DNA of 62,917 nucleotides, filler included. It is 5 parts of 5 records of this genome, joined end to end, with 100 filler letters (N's around TTAATTAATTAA, not from the genome) between each part and the next. Parts side by side here need not be neighbours in the genome. Positions count along the whole stretch, not along the records: positions 1 to 20,655 come from DRR723986_7112; positions 20,756 to 39,227 come from DRR723986_7115; 3 more parts are not named here. One strand, written 5' to 3'. The notes beneath the pieces are model-generated. The model was not told the origin of the DNA, ran no database searches, and saw nothing but the letters and a program-made list of their open reading frames with translations. Numbering within the stretch: the first letter of the stretch is position 1; the number at the start of each line of letters is the position of its first letter. The position numbers and the translations under genes were made by a program. Of the stretch, positions 18,595 to 28,861 are shown piece by piece.

Positions 18595-20439
18595 TCAGGC
18601 AAACGCCAGGTTGTTCCTGCCGCCGGTTTTCACGGAATACATGGCCTTGTCGGCGGTGGCCAGTAGTTGCTCAGCGGTCTGGCCGTTGTCCGGGTACAAG
18701 GCGATTCCCACCGAGGCTCCAATGTGCACAGTCTGGCCCTGAATGTGAAACGGCTCATTCAGGACCTGGATCATTTTGCGAGCAATGGGTTGGGCATCGG
18801 CATCGTTGGTCAATGGCCCGGTTATGATCACGAACTCATCCCCACCCCGGCGCCCCACCACATCATTGGTCCGAATACTGTGCTTGAGCCTTCTCGCGAC
18901 ATTCCGTAGGAGCTCATCGCCAGCCTGGTGGCCCATGGTGTCGTTTACCGGTTTGAATTTGTCCAGATCCAGGAACATCAGGGCGAAGTGATGATGCTGG
19001 CGCCGTGCCTGCTCGATGGCTTGTTCCAGGTGGGTTTCCAAGGCCGTGCGATTTGGCAGGCCAGTGAGCTTGTCGAAATGTGCCAGCCGGAACATCTGCT
19101 TTTCTGCCTGTACCCGTGCGGTAATATCGCTGAAGGTCAGGATCAGTTGCTGGATTTGTCCCCGGGCATTGCGTACCGGCGAAACCGTCAGCAGGTTGGG
19201 GAACGGATCATTATCGGGCCCGGTCAGCCAGACCTCGCCTTGCCAGGCATTTTCCGCGACAAGATGCCGGTGGATTTCTTCCCGGTCTATCTCCTTGCAT
19301 CTGTCACTGTCGATAAATGCCATCAGGTTTGTATTGCGAAGTGTCTTCGTTGTTGCGCCGGTAATCTCGTTGAAGGCCGGGTTAGCACGAATAACCTGTA
19401 AACCGGTGTCACAAATCACGATGGCTTCGTGGGTGTGGTTAAAGACCTGCTGGGCCAGCCGAAGCTCATCGGTAGACCGGGCAATCTGGGAGGCCTGGTT
19501 GACCAGTGCATGCACAATCGGCATCAGTGAACGCCAGACCATTGTGCCGGCAAGGGCGGAGAGCATGAGTATCAGCACAACACTGATAACAATGTCTTCG
19601 ATCACTTTACCGAACACACTGGAAGTCCTGGCGTTCATATGGACTTCCCAGTCATACCCTTCCACTAGTCGCATGAATGCCAGCACACGGGTGCCGTCTG
19701 GAAGCGAAGCCCGGAAAAAGTCGAGGTCTGGTTTGTAATCGATACCTTCCTGTTCGGCCAGGCAGCCATTGGGTGTTGTCAGTTGAAACTGATGACTGCC
19801 CTCGGTCCAGATCAGTCGCCGCGTTCTCTCGACATCAAGCAGGCACAGACTGGAGTCCGCATCCACGCGAAAGATGGGAATCAGTGAGGAGAGTTCGAAC
19901 AGCAGAAGATCATAGCCTACGATCTGTTCATCCACGCGTATCGCAGCGATGACGTGCAGTAACGGCCTCGCTTCGTTATTTGCCCCTACCGGGTAGGACT
20001 GGATATCAAGCCCGGATGGCATAGGCAGGTCAGCGGGAAGTTGATCGTCCAGAGGCCCGACGCGCACAACTTCGGCGCCACTGGCATCAAACCGGACGAT
20101 GGCGGCAAGGTTGTCGATGTTTTTTGCGGCATCGTCAAGCCTGGGGCGAGAAAAGGTCCGCAAGTCAGCGAGTGCCAGGTTTCCCCTGTTGTATTCGACC
20201 ATAACCCGCGCGAGCTCAGAGCGACTGGCGGTTTGTCGCGCCAGATCCTGATGCTGATCGAATACCGCCCGAACGCTCTCGGCCTTGGCATCGGCCACCA
20301 GGCTCGCAGTGTCTGCGGCCTGGGTATGGATCTGATTGATCAGGGGGGTGGAGACCACCACGGCAATACTGATTCCAGTGAGAACAACTGCAACGATGGC
20401 AGTGGTGATAATGCGGCGTTTCTGCTCGAAGATATCCAT
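18595..20439 (-). CDS. Membrane-bound PAS-GGDEF diguanylate cyclase
   Basis: Two TM segments, PAS, FDKLTGLPNR, DLDKFKPVND, I-site RTND, GGDEF. Confidence 0.92.
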   Translation of the reverse strand: MDIFEQKRRIITTAIVAVVLTGISIAVVVSTPLINQIHTQAADTASLVADAKAESVRAVFDQHQDLARQTASRSELARVMVEYNRGNLALADLRTFSRPRLDDAAKNIDNLAAIVRFDASGAEVVRVGPLDDQLPADLPMPSGLDIQSYPVGANNEARPLLHVIAAIRVDEQIVGYDLLLFELSSLIPIFRVDADSSLCLLDVERTRRLIWTEGSHQFQLTTPNGCLAEQEGIDYKPDLDFFRASLPDGTRVLAFMRLVEGYDWEVHMNARTSSVFGKVIEDIVISVVLILMLSALAGTMVWRSLMPIVHALVNQASQIARSTDELRLAQQVFNHTHEAIVICDTGLQVIRANPAFNEITGATTKTLRNTNLMAFIDSDRCKEIDREEIHRHLVAENAWQGEVWLTGPDNDPFPNLLTVSPVRNARGQIQQLILTFSDITARVQAEKQMFRLAHFDKLTGLPNRTALETHLEQAIEQARRQHHHFALMFLDLDKFKPVNDTMGHQAGDELLRNVARRLKHSIRTNDVVGRRGGDEFVIITGPLTNDADAQPIARKMIQVLNEPFHIQGQTVHIGASVGIALYPDNGQTAEQLLATADKAMYSVKTGGRNNLAFA

Positions 20440-20600
20440 AGGTGCCGTCGGACGAAAGCGAGGTTATAAGGACATGGTATCCGTTTTTTGCAACGGGTAT
20501 ACCCACCTAGAGTTGTTTTCTGTAACCGATGTTGACATGTGTCAGCCTTCATGTTGGAGATTTTCCATGTAGACTGAGGTTTTTATAGCAGGAGTACTGA

Positions 20601-20655
20601 ATGACAGAGCCCGCACTGTTCCAGTCCCGGCCCAGACGGCGACTATTGTGGCTGG
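20601..20655 (+). CDS. 5' stub of a gene cut by the gap (possibly a MATE transporter)
   Basis: AGGAG RBS then ATG, MTEPALFQSRPRRRLLWL. Product is a guess. Confidence 0.35.
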
Positions 20656-20755
20656 NNNNNNNNNNNNNNNNNNNNNNNNNNNNNNNNNNNNNNNNNNNNT
20701 TAATTAATTAANNNNNNNNNNNNNNNNNNNNNNNNNNNNNNNNNNNNNNNNNNNN
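20656..20755. other. Artificial contig spacer
   Basis: N44-TTAATTAATTAA-N44 with stops in all six frames. Confidence 0.97.
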
Positions 20756-21200
20756 CCGCCAGCGGCAGACTGCCCCGTTTGCTTTCAATGGCGGATTCCA
20801 GAGCGTCTGTGAGCTCCTCGTCATCCACCTCGGGCAGACAGGCCTCCGCAGCTCGGATAAAACGAATCTCGTAGCGTAACTGATTGATGGGCTGCATCAC
20901 CTTGCCCATCACGGAATTGCGTTCGCCCACCACATACTGGAGCTCGCAGCCGTAAAGCGACAGAAAATCCAGCATGCCCAGATCCAGCTCCGGCAGGGCA
21001 AGTATCCGCTCTCGCCGCCTGGGGGGAATGGAGCCGGCGGGCAGCTCGGCCCTGGGAACGGCCGCGGTATCGAGTACCCGGGCCAAACGTTCCAGGTACT
21101 CATCAGTGAGGGATTCAGCGTCTGAAAAGGGATTGCACCCGAGCAGGCTGAGTGTACACACAGCCGGTAACAGCCATGAATACCAGCGGCGCCCGGGCAT
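20756..21200 (-). CDS. DUF3080-like lipoprotein (3' truncated)
   Basis: Lipobox LLGC, YLERLARVLD, GERNSVMGKV, LRYE. Runs into the gap. Confidence 0.7.
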
Positions 21201-21210
21201 GAATCACCTC

Positions 21211-21903
21211 CTATCGTTTGCGCAACAGCGCATCAACCTCCGAAAAATCCCTGGCCACGACCCGAGCGGTATCCGGCAGTTCGCCCTCTCGTACCAGCCA
21301 GGCGGTTTTCAGGCCCGCTTCCTCGGCCGCACGCAGCTCTTCCTCAACATCGGACAGAAACAGCACTGTGCCCGCGTCTACCCCCAGCTCCGCAAGAATG
21401 TTGCGATAGGACTGGGACTCTTTTTTGCCCCCGACGGCCGTGTCGAAATAACCAGAGAAGAAAACCGTGAAGTCGCCTTCATTGCTATGACCGAAGATCA
21501 GCTTCTGGGCCCTGACGGACCCGGAAGAATATACGAACAGTCTCAGGCCCCGATCATGCCAGCGCTGGAGATAATCCGCGGCATCCGGATAGATATGGCC
21601 TTTCAGTTCACCGCTGTGATACCCCTGCTCCCAGACCATGCCCTGCAGCGCCTTTAGTGAACCCTCCTTGCGGTCTTCGGCAATCCACCCTTGCAGTACA
21701 TCGATGAGGCCATCGATGTCTTTCCGGTCGGTACCGCTGATCTCTGCCACCCGAGCCAGCTGTTCCGCCACCGCCGGCAAGGTGTGATGGTTGGCCCGGA
21801 TAAACTCCGGCAAGTGCTCGCTGGCGTAGGGAAACAGGACATCGTGTACAAAGGAGATCGAACTGGTGGTGCCCTCGATGTCCGTCAGGATCACTCGAAT
21901 CAT
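21211..21903 (-). CDS. mtnC: Acireductone synthase / enolase-phosphatase E1
   Basis: ILTDIEGTTSSISFVHDVLFPYA, LKALQG, YSSGSV, FLSDV. Confidence 0.95.
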   Translation of the reverse strand: MIRVILTDIEGTTSSISFVHDVLFPYASEHLPEFIRANHHTLPAVAEQLARVAEISGTDRKDIDGLIDVLQGWIAEDRKEGSLKALQGMVWEQGYHSGELKGHIYPDAADYLQRWHDRGLRLFVYSSGSVRAQKLIFGHSNEGDFTVFFSGYFDTAVGGKKESQSYRNILAELGVDAGTVLFLSDVEEELRAAEEAGLKTAWLVREGELPDTARVVARDFSEVDALLRKR

Positions 21904-22460
21904 CAGGCCCCTCCCGCCAGGCTCTCATAACGTGGCAGCCGGGAAGCGATATCCTCACCGGTAAAGCTCGCAACCCAGCCTGCCGGGTTGCTGAATAACC
22001 GGATACAGGTGAACTCAGGCTCCGGCCCCATATCAAACCAGTGCCGGGTACCGTCCGGCACACTGATCAGGTCATTCTTCTCGCACAGCAGCGCGTATAC
22101 CTGGTCACCGAAGTGCAGGTAAAACAACCCCTGACCACGAACGAAGAAGCGCACTTCGTCCTCGCTGTGGGTGTGCTCATCCAGAAACTTCTGCCGGAAC
22201 GCGTCTTTCTGGGGATGATCCGCGGTCAGGCTGACCACGTCTGCGATCTGAAATCCCCAATCCTGCTTCAGCCGTGCCACTTCGTCGGCATAGGCCTCAA
22301 GAATCTCCTCCTCGGTGGCGTCGGCAGGCAGATCACGGGTTGCCCAACGATCGAAATGCACACCGTGGGCACTCAGTTTATTCCGGATGGCGTCCGGGTC
22401 TGTTACGACCGTCAGGGCCTGCTCGGGCTGGTTCTGATGAAAAATGCTCAGGGTGGTCAT
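21903..22460 (-). CDS. mtnD: Acireductone dioxygenase
   Basis: KFLDEHTHSEDEVRFFV, HWFDMG, IRLFSNPAGW. Confidence 0.95.
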   Translation of the reverse strand: MTTLSIFHQNQPEQALTVVTDPDAIRNKLSAHGVHFDRWATRDLPADATEEEILEAYADEVARLKQDWGFQIADVVSLTADHPQKDAFRQKFLDEHTHSEDEVRFFVRGQGLFYLHFGDQVYALLCEKNDLISVPDGTRHWFDMGPEPEFTCIRLFSNPAGWVASFTGEDIASRLPRYESLAGGA

Positions 22461-23089
22461 CGGCGTACCCTCATGGTTTCGAGTTCACATTCAAAGAGAA
22501 ATTCAAACGCTTCAATATGGCGCAGGCAATCGGCCATGGTGCGGCCCCAGGTGTAAAGACCATGGCCGCGGATAAGGTATCCAGGCTGTTCCGGGTGCCG
22601 CGCAAACCAGTCCCGGGTTTCCTCCGCCAGTGCCGGAATATCCTGGGTGTTGTCGAACACGGGAACAATCAGCTTACCCTCATGGGTTTGCACGCCATTG
22701 AAGGCTTTCTGTAGCTCATAGCCTTCAAGCTCCAGTGCCCGCCCCGCCGGGATCAGGCGGCTAAGCACGGTAGCCTTGACCGAGTGGGTATGCAGAACGG
22801 CGCCAACCTCGGGATAAAGCTGATAGATCACCGTGTGCAGAAGGGTTTCTGCCGACGAGCGGCAATCGCTTTGTACCGCCTGGCCATGCAGATCCACCAC
22901 CATGACGTCGCCTGCACCCAACTGGCCCTTGTGCCGGCCCGATACCGTAATCGCCACATGGTCGCCATCGATACGGGCCGAATAATTACTGCTGGTGGCG
23001 GGCGACCAGCCGCGGTCGTAAAGAAAGCGGCCGGCCTCGACGATGGATTGGGCGGCGGTGGCGTAGCGGGTTACATCAAACACAGGCAT
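22457..23089 (-). CDS. mtnB: Methylthioribulose-1-phosphate dehydratase
   Basis: WSPATSSNYS, SAETLLH, VLHTHS, LIRGHGLYTWG. Confidence 0.95.
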   Translation of the reverse strand: MPVFDVTRYATAAQSIVEAGRFLYDRGWSPATSSNYSARIDGDHVAITVSGRHKGQLGAGDVMVVDLHGQAVQSDCRSSAETLLHTVIYQLYPEVGAVLHTHSVKATVLSRLIPAGRALELEGYELQKAFNGVQTHEGKLIVPVFDNTQDIPALAEETRDWFARHPEQPGYLIRGHGLYTWGRTMADCLRHIEAFEFLFECELETMRVRR

Positions 23090-23172
23090 CCTCCGGGTTG
23101 GTACGAGCCCTGCCCGGGCGCGAATCTGGCGCCATTATAGAACCACCCCAGCCCGGGTAAAACCGATTCCGC

Positions 23173-25371
23173 TCAGGCTTTAAGCGGCAGACGGCGCTGG
23201 CGCTTACCGGTCAGCGCAAACAAGGCGTTGCCCAGGGCCGGGATCACCGGCGGGACGCCAGGTTCCCCAACGCCGGTGGGCGGTTCTTCGCTGTCGACAA
23301 TATCCACCACCATCTCCGGTACCTGATGCATATGCAGCAGACGATAATCGTGGAAGTTACTTTGCTGTACCTCGCCGCCGTCCAGGGTAATTTCCCCGTT
23401 CAGCGCCGCCGTCAGGCCAAAGACAATGCCGCCGGTCATCTGATCCTCGACAATTCGCGGGTTCACCACCTGACCACAGTCCACACTGCACGTGACCTTA
23501 TGAACGCGAATTCCACCCTGCTCAATACTGGCTTCCACCACCTGGACAACATAGGTACCAAAGCTCTTGAACAAAGCCACTCCGCGCGCCCTGCCCTCTG
23601 GCACCGGCTGGTTCCAGCCCGCCAGCTCGGCAGCCCGCTCCAGAACCCGCCGATGACGGGGCTCACTCTCCAGCAGTTTCAGCCGGAAACTGACCGGATC
23701 TTCGTTGGCCTGGCTGGCGAGTTCATCCATAAAGGTCTCGACCGCGAAACCATTGTGGGAATAGCCCACGGATCGCCACCAGGTAATTGGCACGCCCGGG
23801 TCAGTATGGGTATGCCGAACCCGGACATTGGGTACCGCGTAGGGATAGCCAATAGCCCCCTCAATGGCCGAAATGTCTTTCGGGGTTGCGATACCTTCAA
23901 CCATCAGGCCAACCCGGCCCAATGTTCCGTACAGTAATTTTGGTGCCCAGGGGTACTGGGCTGGTGCAGCGTTCCGGACGTACCAGTCAAGTATCTGCGG
24001 GCCAACAATCTGATGATCCCAGCCCGTCAACTGCCCATCCTCCAGACTGGCCGCCATACGATGCAACATGGCCGGGCGGAAAAAGCCATGGCGGGTGTCT
24101 TCTTCCCGGGACCAGATCAGTTTGACCGGCACTTTCACCCGGTAGGCGACCAGGGCCGCTTCCTCAATGTAGTCCTGAGTCAACCTGCGGCCGAAGCCAC
24201 CGCCAAGAAAGGTCGTGTGGATAGTCACGTCATCCGGAGAGAGATCGGTGTGTCGCGCGGCGGCTATGCGGCCCAGATCCGGCGCCTGGGTCGGCGCCCA
24301 GACTTCCATGCCACCGTCCCGATACCAGGCGGTCGCATTCATTGGTTCCATGGTGGCGTGGGCCAGGTACGGCTGCTCATATTCAGCCTCCACCAGGGTA
24401 CCCGCTTTCTCCAGAACAGCCTCGGGGTCACCGTCCACCCGTTCGTCCTCGCCGGGATCGTCACCGGCGGCCTGACGATAGTGTTTGAACACGTCCGGAT
24501 TGGATAACCCGACGGCCTCGGAAAAATCCCACTCAACCGCCAGCGCTTCCTGAGCCTTGCGGGCTCGCCAGTAGCGATCTGCCACTACGGCCACACCGCG
24601 CTCGGTGATGAAGGCATCAAGCACGCCCGGCATGGCCCGAACCTGATCGCGGTTGAAACTGACCGCCAGTCCGCCATAGCGGGGGCTACGGGTCATAACG
24701 GCATAGACCATATCCGGCAGCTCTACGTCTATCCCGTACATCGCCTGGCCGGTGGACTTGGCCTCGGCATCCAGCCTTCCGGCCTGTCGGCCGATGTATT
24801 TCCACTGGGAACGGGGTTTCAGTGGCACATCACCACGAATCACCTCTTTGTCCGCCAACTCCACCAGTTTGCCATAGGGCATGGAATCCAGGCCGTTGGG
24901 GTGGCGTACGTACCCGCCCTCCGTTTTGCATTGTCCCGGCTCGACCCGCCAAACCCGGGCGGCGGCCATCACCAGCATCAGTCGCGCCGAAGCTCCGGCC
25001 TCCCGCAGGGGCTGCCAACTGGAGGCGACACTGGTGCTGCCACCGGTAAGCTGAAGCCCGAACAACGGGTTACGGTACTCCGGAGCAACCGGGGCAAATT
25101 CCACGCGAATGGCCTCCGGCGCTACATCCAGCTCCTCCGCTATCAAAGTGGTAAGACCGGTGTAGGTGCCCTGGCCCATCTCTACCCGATCGAGGGTGAA
25201 AATAATGTCGTTGTCCCGGGTGAGTTCCAGCCAGGCGTTCGGTTTCCATTCACCGGTTTCAGGCTCATAGCCGGTTTGCACGGAGGCACAACCAGGCAGA
25301 TTCAGCGCCAATAGCAGTCCACCGGAAGCCGAGGTGCTGACCTTCAGGAAATCCCGTCGATTCATCGCCAT
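23173..25371 (-). CDS. Xanthine dehydrogenase-family molybdopterin subunit (IorB-like)
   Basis: Tat motif RRDFLK, EMGQG, TGGSTS, HATMEP, GGGFGRR, GVGEPG. GGAGG RBS before ATG at 25371. Confidence 0.88.
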   Translation of the reverse strand: MAMNRRDFLKVSTSASGGLLLALNLPGCASVQTGYEPETGEWKPNAWLELTRDNDIIFTLDRVEMGQGTYTGLTTLIAEELDVAPEAIRVEFAPVAPEYRNPLFGLQLTGGSTSVASSWQPLREAGASARLMLVMAAARVWRVEPGQCKTEGGYVRHPNGLDSMPYGKLVELADKEVIRGDVPLKPRSQWKYIGRQAGRLDAEAKSTGQAMYGIDVELPDMVYAVMTRSPRYGGLAVSFNRDQVRAMPGVLDAFITERGVAVVADRYWRARKAQEALAVEWDFSEAVGLSNPDVFKHYRQAAGDDPGEDERVDGDPEAVLEKAGTLVEAEYEQPYLAHATMEPMNATAWYRDGGMEVWAPTQAPDLGRIAAARHTDLSPDDVTIHTTFLGGGFGRRLTQDYIEEAALVAYRVKVPVKLIWSREEDTRHGFFRPAMLHRMAASLEDGQLTGWDHQIVGPQILDWYVRNAAPAQYPWAPKLLYGTLGRVGLMVEGIATPKDISAIEGAIGYPYAVPNVRVRHTHTDPGVPITWWRSVGYSHNGFAVETFMDELASQANEDPVSFRLKLLESEPRHRRVLERAAELAGWNQPVPEGRARGVALFKSFGTYVVQVVEASIEQGGIRVHKVTCSVDCGQVVNPRIVEDQMTGGIVFGLTAALNGEITLDGGEVQQSNFHDYRLLHMHQVPEMVVDIVDSEEPPTGVGEPGVPPVIPALGNALFALTGKRQRRLPLKA

Positions 25372-25372
25372 A

Positions 25373-25861
25373 TTACGCATCCTCCCCGGCCGGCTGGTAC
25401 TGACCCACACCACCGGCGACGAACTCAACCGCAGCCACAATGCGAGGATAGGTACCGCAGCGACACAGGTTGCCGGTCATGGCGGTGACGATCTGTTCGC
25501 GATCCGGAGAGGGGTTGTTGGCCAGCAGGTGCGCGGCCGTCATGATCTGGCCAGACTGGCAATAACCACACTGGGGCACCCCCTGTTCCACCCAGGCTTT
25601 CTGTAACGGATGCAACTCGCCATCAGCGGACAGGCCTTCGATGGTGGTGATTTCGGCACCTTCAGCCATCTCCACCGGCGTAGAGCAGGAACGGGCGGGC
25701 TGACCGTTCAGGTGCACAGTGCAGGCGCCACAGAGGCCTGCACCGCAGCCAAACTTGGTCCCTTTGAGCCCAAGTTCATCCCGCAGCACCCATAACAACG
25801 GGGTATCGGGTTCGACATCCAGCGAATGCTGGCGACCGTTCACAGTCAGCGTGAAAGCCAT
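25373..25861 (-). CDS. (2Fe-2S)-binding small subunit (IorA-like)
   Basis: [32 protein letters not shown]. Confidence 0.92.
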   Translation of the reverse strand: MAFTLTVNGRQHSLDVEPDTPLLWVLRDELGLKGTKFGCGAGLCGACTVHLNGQPARSCSTPVEMAEGAEITTIEGLSADGELHPLQKAWVEQGVPQCGYCQSGQIMTAAHLLANNPSPDREQIVTAMTGNLCRCGTYPRIVAAVEFVAGGVGQYQPAGEDA

Positions 25862-25920
25862 TCCGTGCTCCTCATCATGTTATTGTTTTGGCAGGTTCGG
25901 CGCGTTTTACCGCCACGCCT

Positions 25921-26112
25921 TTACTTGACGACGTCTTCACCATCCTTGTTTACCCAGATTTTGCGCTCACCGGTTTCCAGCTTGCCGTTGGAATCCCACA
26001 CTTCACGGTTCTGGGTGGCACTTTCCACTTTGCCGTTATCGTTCCAGATTACCCGGTCTTTACAGCCGGCCAATGTCAGTACAGAAATCAAAGCCACAAA
26101 AATCAAACGCAT
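25921..26112 (-). CDS. Small lipoprotein
   Basis: Lipobox LAGC after a hydrophobic signal, GGGAG RBS, repeated W-N/D-x-x-G motifs. Confidence 0.7.
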   Translation of the reverse strand: MRLIFVALISVLTLAGCKDRVIWNDNGKVESATQNREVWDSNGKLETGERKIWVNKDGEDVVK

Positions 26113-26165
26113 CTTAATTCTCCCGATTCGGTGTTTCCGTCGTAGCGAATGATCCAGACGATTCC

Positions 26166-26747
26166 TTATCTGGAACCATGGATCTCCCGATTATGCTGTT
26201 TTTCCCGATCGTTTTTCCTGACCATTACGTAAACCGCGCCGGTGCCACCGTGGTGTTTCTTTGCCGAATGGAAAGCGAGAACGTTGTCCAGCTCCGGCAA
26301 CCACTTCGCCAGGTAGCTCTTGAGCTGGGCGATGCCATCGGGATTGCGTTCGCCCTTGCCGTGCAGGATGATCACCGAGCGTAAACCGTAATGTACGCAG
26401 TCGTTGATAAAACCGAACACTTCCCGGCGGGCTTCTTCCACCGTCATGCGATGCAGATCCAGCCGGGCCTCGATCGGGTACTGACCAAGACGCAGCTTGC
26501 GGAAAACCCCGTGCTGAACGCCTGGGCGTTGCCAGCTGAGAATGTCGTGTGCCGTTAGCGGCTCTACCATATCGGATGTCAGCGGGTTCAGGTCTCGCAC
26601 CGGTTTTTCAACCGCCGCCCTCTGGCGTTCAAGGTGCCCGGGCGTCAGCTCCTTGGGCACCGATACTTCGGCCCGATTGGGTTTGCGTATCCGCTGCACA
26701 TCCTTCATTTCTTCGAGGAAGGCAAGGCGTTCATCTTTACTGGTCAT
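26166..26747 (-). CDS. smrA: Smr-domain endonuclease SmrA
   Basis: FRKLRLGQY, LDLHRMT, IILHGKG, HGGTGAVYV. Start placed at MTSKDER. Confidence 0.85.
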   Translation of the reverse strand: MTSKDERLAFLEEMKDVQRIRKPNRAEVSVPKELTPGHLERQRAAVEKPVRDLNPLTSDMVEPLTAHDILSWQRPGVQHGVFRKLRLGQYPIEARLDLHRMTVEEARREVFGFINDCVHYGLRSVIILHGKGERNPDGIAQLKSYLAKWLPELDNVLAFHSAKKHHGGTGAVYVMVRKNDREKQHNREIHGSR

Positions 26748-26929
26748 GACACTAACTGATTCCGGTTTGACGAGTATCAGAACTCTATCACCGCACCGGT
26801 CTACCATAAAGAAAAGCTCTGCGACGAAAATCGTAGAGCCCCTCCGGGTTCCGCTGAACTACACTGCAAGCGGAGAATAATAACGATGGAGCTCCCCTGA
26901 ACCTGGCTCCCAAGCTTACGGATCGCGAT

Positions 26930-28846
26930 ATGGCCGCAGCAAATCAGGACACTACCCGCCCTCAGAACACCCGAGCGATTATGTCATTCCTGAGGGAACA
27001 TGCCCCGTTCTCCAGCATGGACGACACCCATCTGGCCCATTTTGCCGAGCATGCGACCCTGAGGTTTTACGCCGATGGCGACGAAGTGCTCTCGCCCGAC
27101 GATGGAGTGGTCAAGCGGTTTTATGTGGTCAAGCAGGGACGTATCCGGGGTGAGCGCCACAATGAAAAAGAAGACCGGGCAGAAACCACCTTTGAAATCA
27201 GCCAGGGTGAGTGCTTTCCGCTTGCGGCACTGATTGGCGAGCGCCCGACCCGAACGCTACACAGGGCTTCCGGCGATACCTTCTGCCTCAGTATTGAACA
27301 GAACGCCTTCATCACCCTGTTTTCCGAAAGCGAATCCTTTCGCGATTTCTGCCTGCGGGGCGTGAGCAGCCTGCTGGATCAGGTCAATCAGCGCATCCAG
27401 TCCAAGGCCATGGCTTCCATTGGCTCCAGCAACAGCCTGGACACTCCCCTGGAGCGCTACGCGCTGCGCAACCCGATTGTCTGCTCACCGGATCTGCCGG
27501 TTCGCAAGGCCGTAGCCCGGATGCACGAGAACAATGTGGGCAGCATCATTATCACCGATGACAATCGTCATCCCACCGGCATTTTCACGCTGCGCGACCT
27601 GCGCACCATGATCGCTGAGGAAAAGGGCCCCCTCGACACGCCCATTCGTCAGGTGATGACAGGCAATCCCTGTCGCCTGCCCGCCACAGCGGACGCCTTT
27701 GAGGCGGCAATGCTGATGGCGGAACACCATTTTGCCCATCTGTGTGTGGTCGACGAAGAGGACCGCCTGATTGGCGTGGTATCCGAGCGGGATCTGTTTT
27801 CTCTTCAGCGGGTAGACCTGGTCAACCTGGCGCGAACCATCGGCACTGCCACCCACTTGCGTACCCTGGTCAGCCTTCGCTCCGATGTCTCAAGGCTGGT
27901 CGATGCCATGCTGGCCCACGGCGCGGATTCGGGCCAGGTGGTGAAGATCATTACCACCCTGAACGATGTCACCGTGCGCAGGGTACTCGAACTTAACCTC
28001 AAGAAGAACGACCCTGGCATTCCGTTTACCTGGCTTACCTTTGGCAGTGAGGGCCGCCAGGAGCAAACCCTGCTGACCGACCAGGATAACGGTATTCTGT
28101 TCGAGACACCGGAGGGCATGACCGAAGACCACGTGCGTGAGAAACTGCTGCCCTTTGCCCGCAAGGTCAACGACGAACTGGCAGAGTGCGGGTTCACCCT
28201 GTGCAAAGGCAACATTATGGCCAGCAACCCCAAACTCTGCCTGAGTGACCGGGAATGGGACGACTGGTTTATCCGCTTTATTGATGCCTCAACCCCCCAG
28301 AACCTGGTCTACTCGTCGATATTCCTGGATATGAGAGCGGTTTTCGGCCCCACTGAGCCACTCCATCGTCTGCTGGAGAAGGTGCTCCAACGCATCCGCA
28401 AGAACGCCCTGTTCCAGAAAATGCTCGCTGGCAACGCGCTGCAGCGAAAACCGCCCCTGACCATGTTCCGGAACTTCCGCTATCTGAACGACGAGAAGAA
28501 ACACTCGCTGGATCTGAAACGTCAGGGCCTGGCGCCATTTGTGGAATCCGTAAGGGTGTTCGCACTGGCCCATGGGGTGGAAGCCGCCAATACCCTGGAG
28601 CGCATTGACGCCCTGGCCAGAAAAGACATCTTTGACGCCAAGGACGCCAACGCCTGGAAGGAAGCCTACAGCCTGATTCAGGCCATCCGTATGCGTGCTC
28701 ATCAGGAAATGCTCGACCGGGGCGAGGAGCTGACCAATTACATCGATCCGGACGACCTGAATCCTCTGGACCGGCGCATACTTCGCGAGTCTTTCCGCCA
28801 GGCCCAGCGGCTCCAGCAGAAACTCGAAGTTACGTATCAACTATAG
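26930..28846 (+). CDS. cNMP-binding / CBS pair / DUF294 nucleotidyltransferase-like protein
   Basis: N-terminal cNMP domain, CBS pair, GSEGRQEQTLLTDQDN, CKGNIMASNP, C-terminal substrate-binding domain. Confidence 0.9.
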   Translation: MAAANQDTTRPQNTRAIMSFLREHAPFSSMDDTHLAHFAEHATLRFYADGDEVLSPDDGVVKRFYVVKQGRIRGERHNEKEDRAETTFEISQGECFPLAALIGERPTRTLHRASGDTFCLSIEQNAFITLFSESESFRDFCLRGVSSLLDQVNQRIQSKAMASIGSSNSLDTPLERYALRNPIVCSPDLPVRKAVARMHENNVGSIIITDDNRHPTGIFTLRDLRTMIAEEKGPLDTPIRQVMTGNPCRLPATADAFEAAMLMAEHHFAHLCVVDEEDRLIGVVSERDLFSLQRVDLVNLARTIGTATHLRTLVSLRSDVSRLVDAMLAHGADSGQVVKIITTLNDVTVRRVLELNLKKNDPGIPFTWLTFGSEGRQEQTLLTDQDNGILFETPEGMTEDHVREKLLPFARKVNDELAECGFTLCKGNIMASNPKLCLSDREWDDWFIRFIDASTPQNLVYSSIFLDMRAVFGPTEPLHRLLEKVLQRIRKNALFQKMLAGNALQRKPPLTMFRNFRYLNDEKKHSLDLKRQGLAPFVESVRVFALAHGVEAANTLERIDALARKDIFDAKDANAWKEAYSLIQAIRMRAHQEMLDRGEELTNYIDPDDLNPLDRRILRESFRQAQRLQQKLEVTYQL

Positions 28847-28861
28847 GTCTGCGCACAGAAC

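Noticed and set aside
20700-20711. Repeated TTAATTAATTAA palindrome (also at 39272, 47489, 56909)
   Set aside because: Always centred in an N spacer. It is a synthetic six-frame stop linker, not a biological repeat. ORF tails reading XXX-LIN are artefacts.
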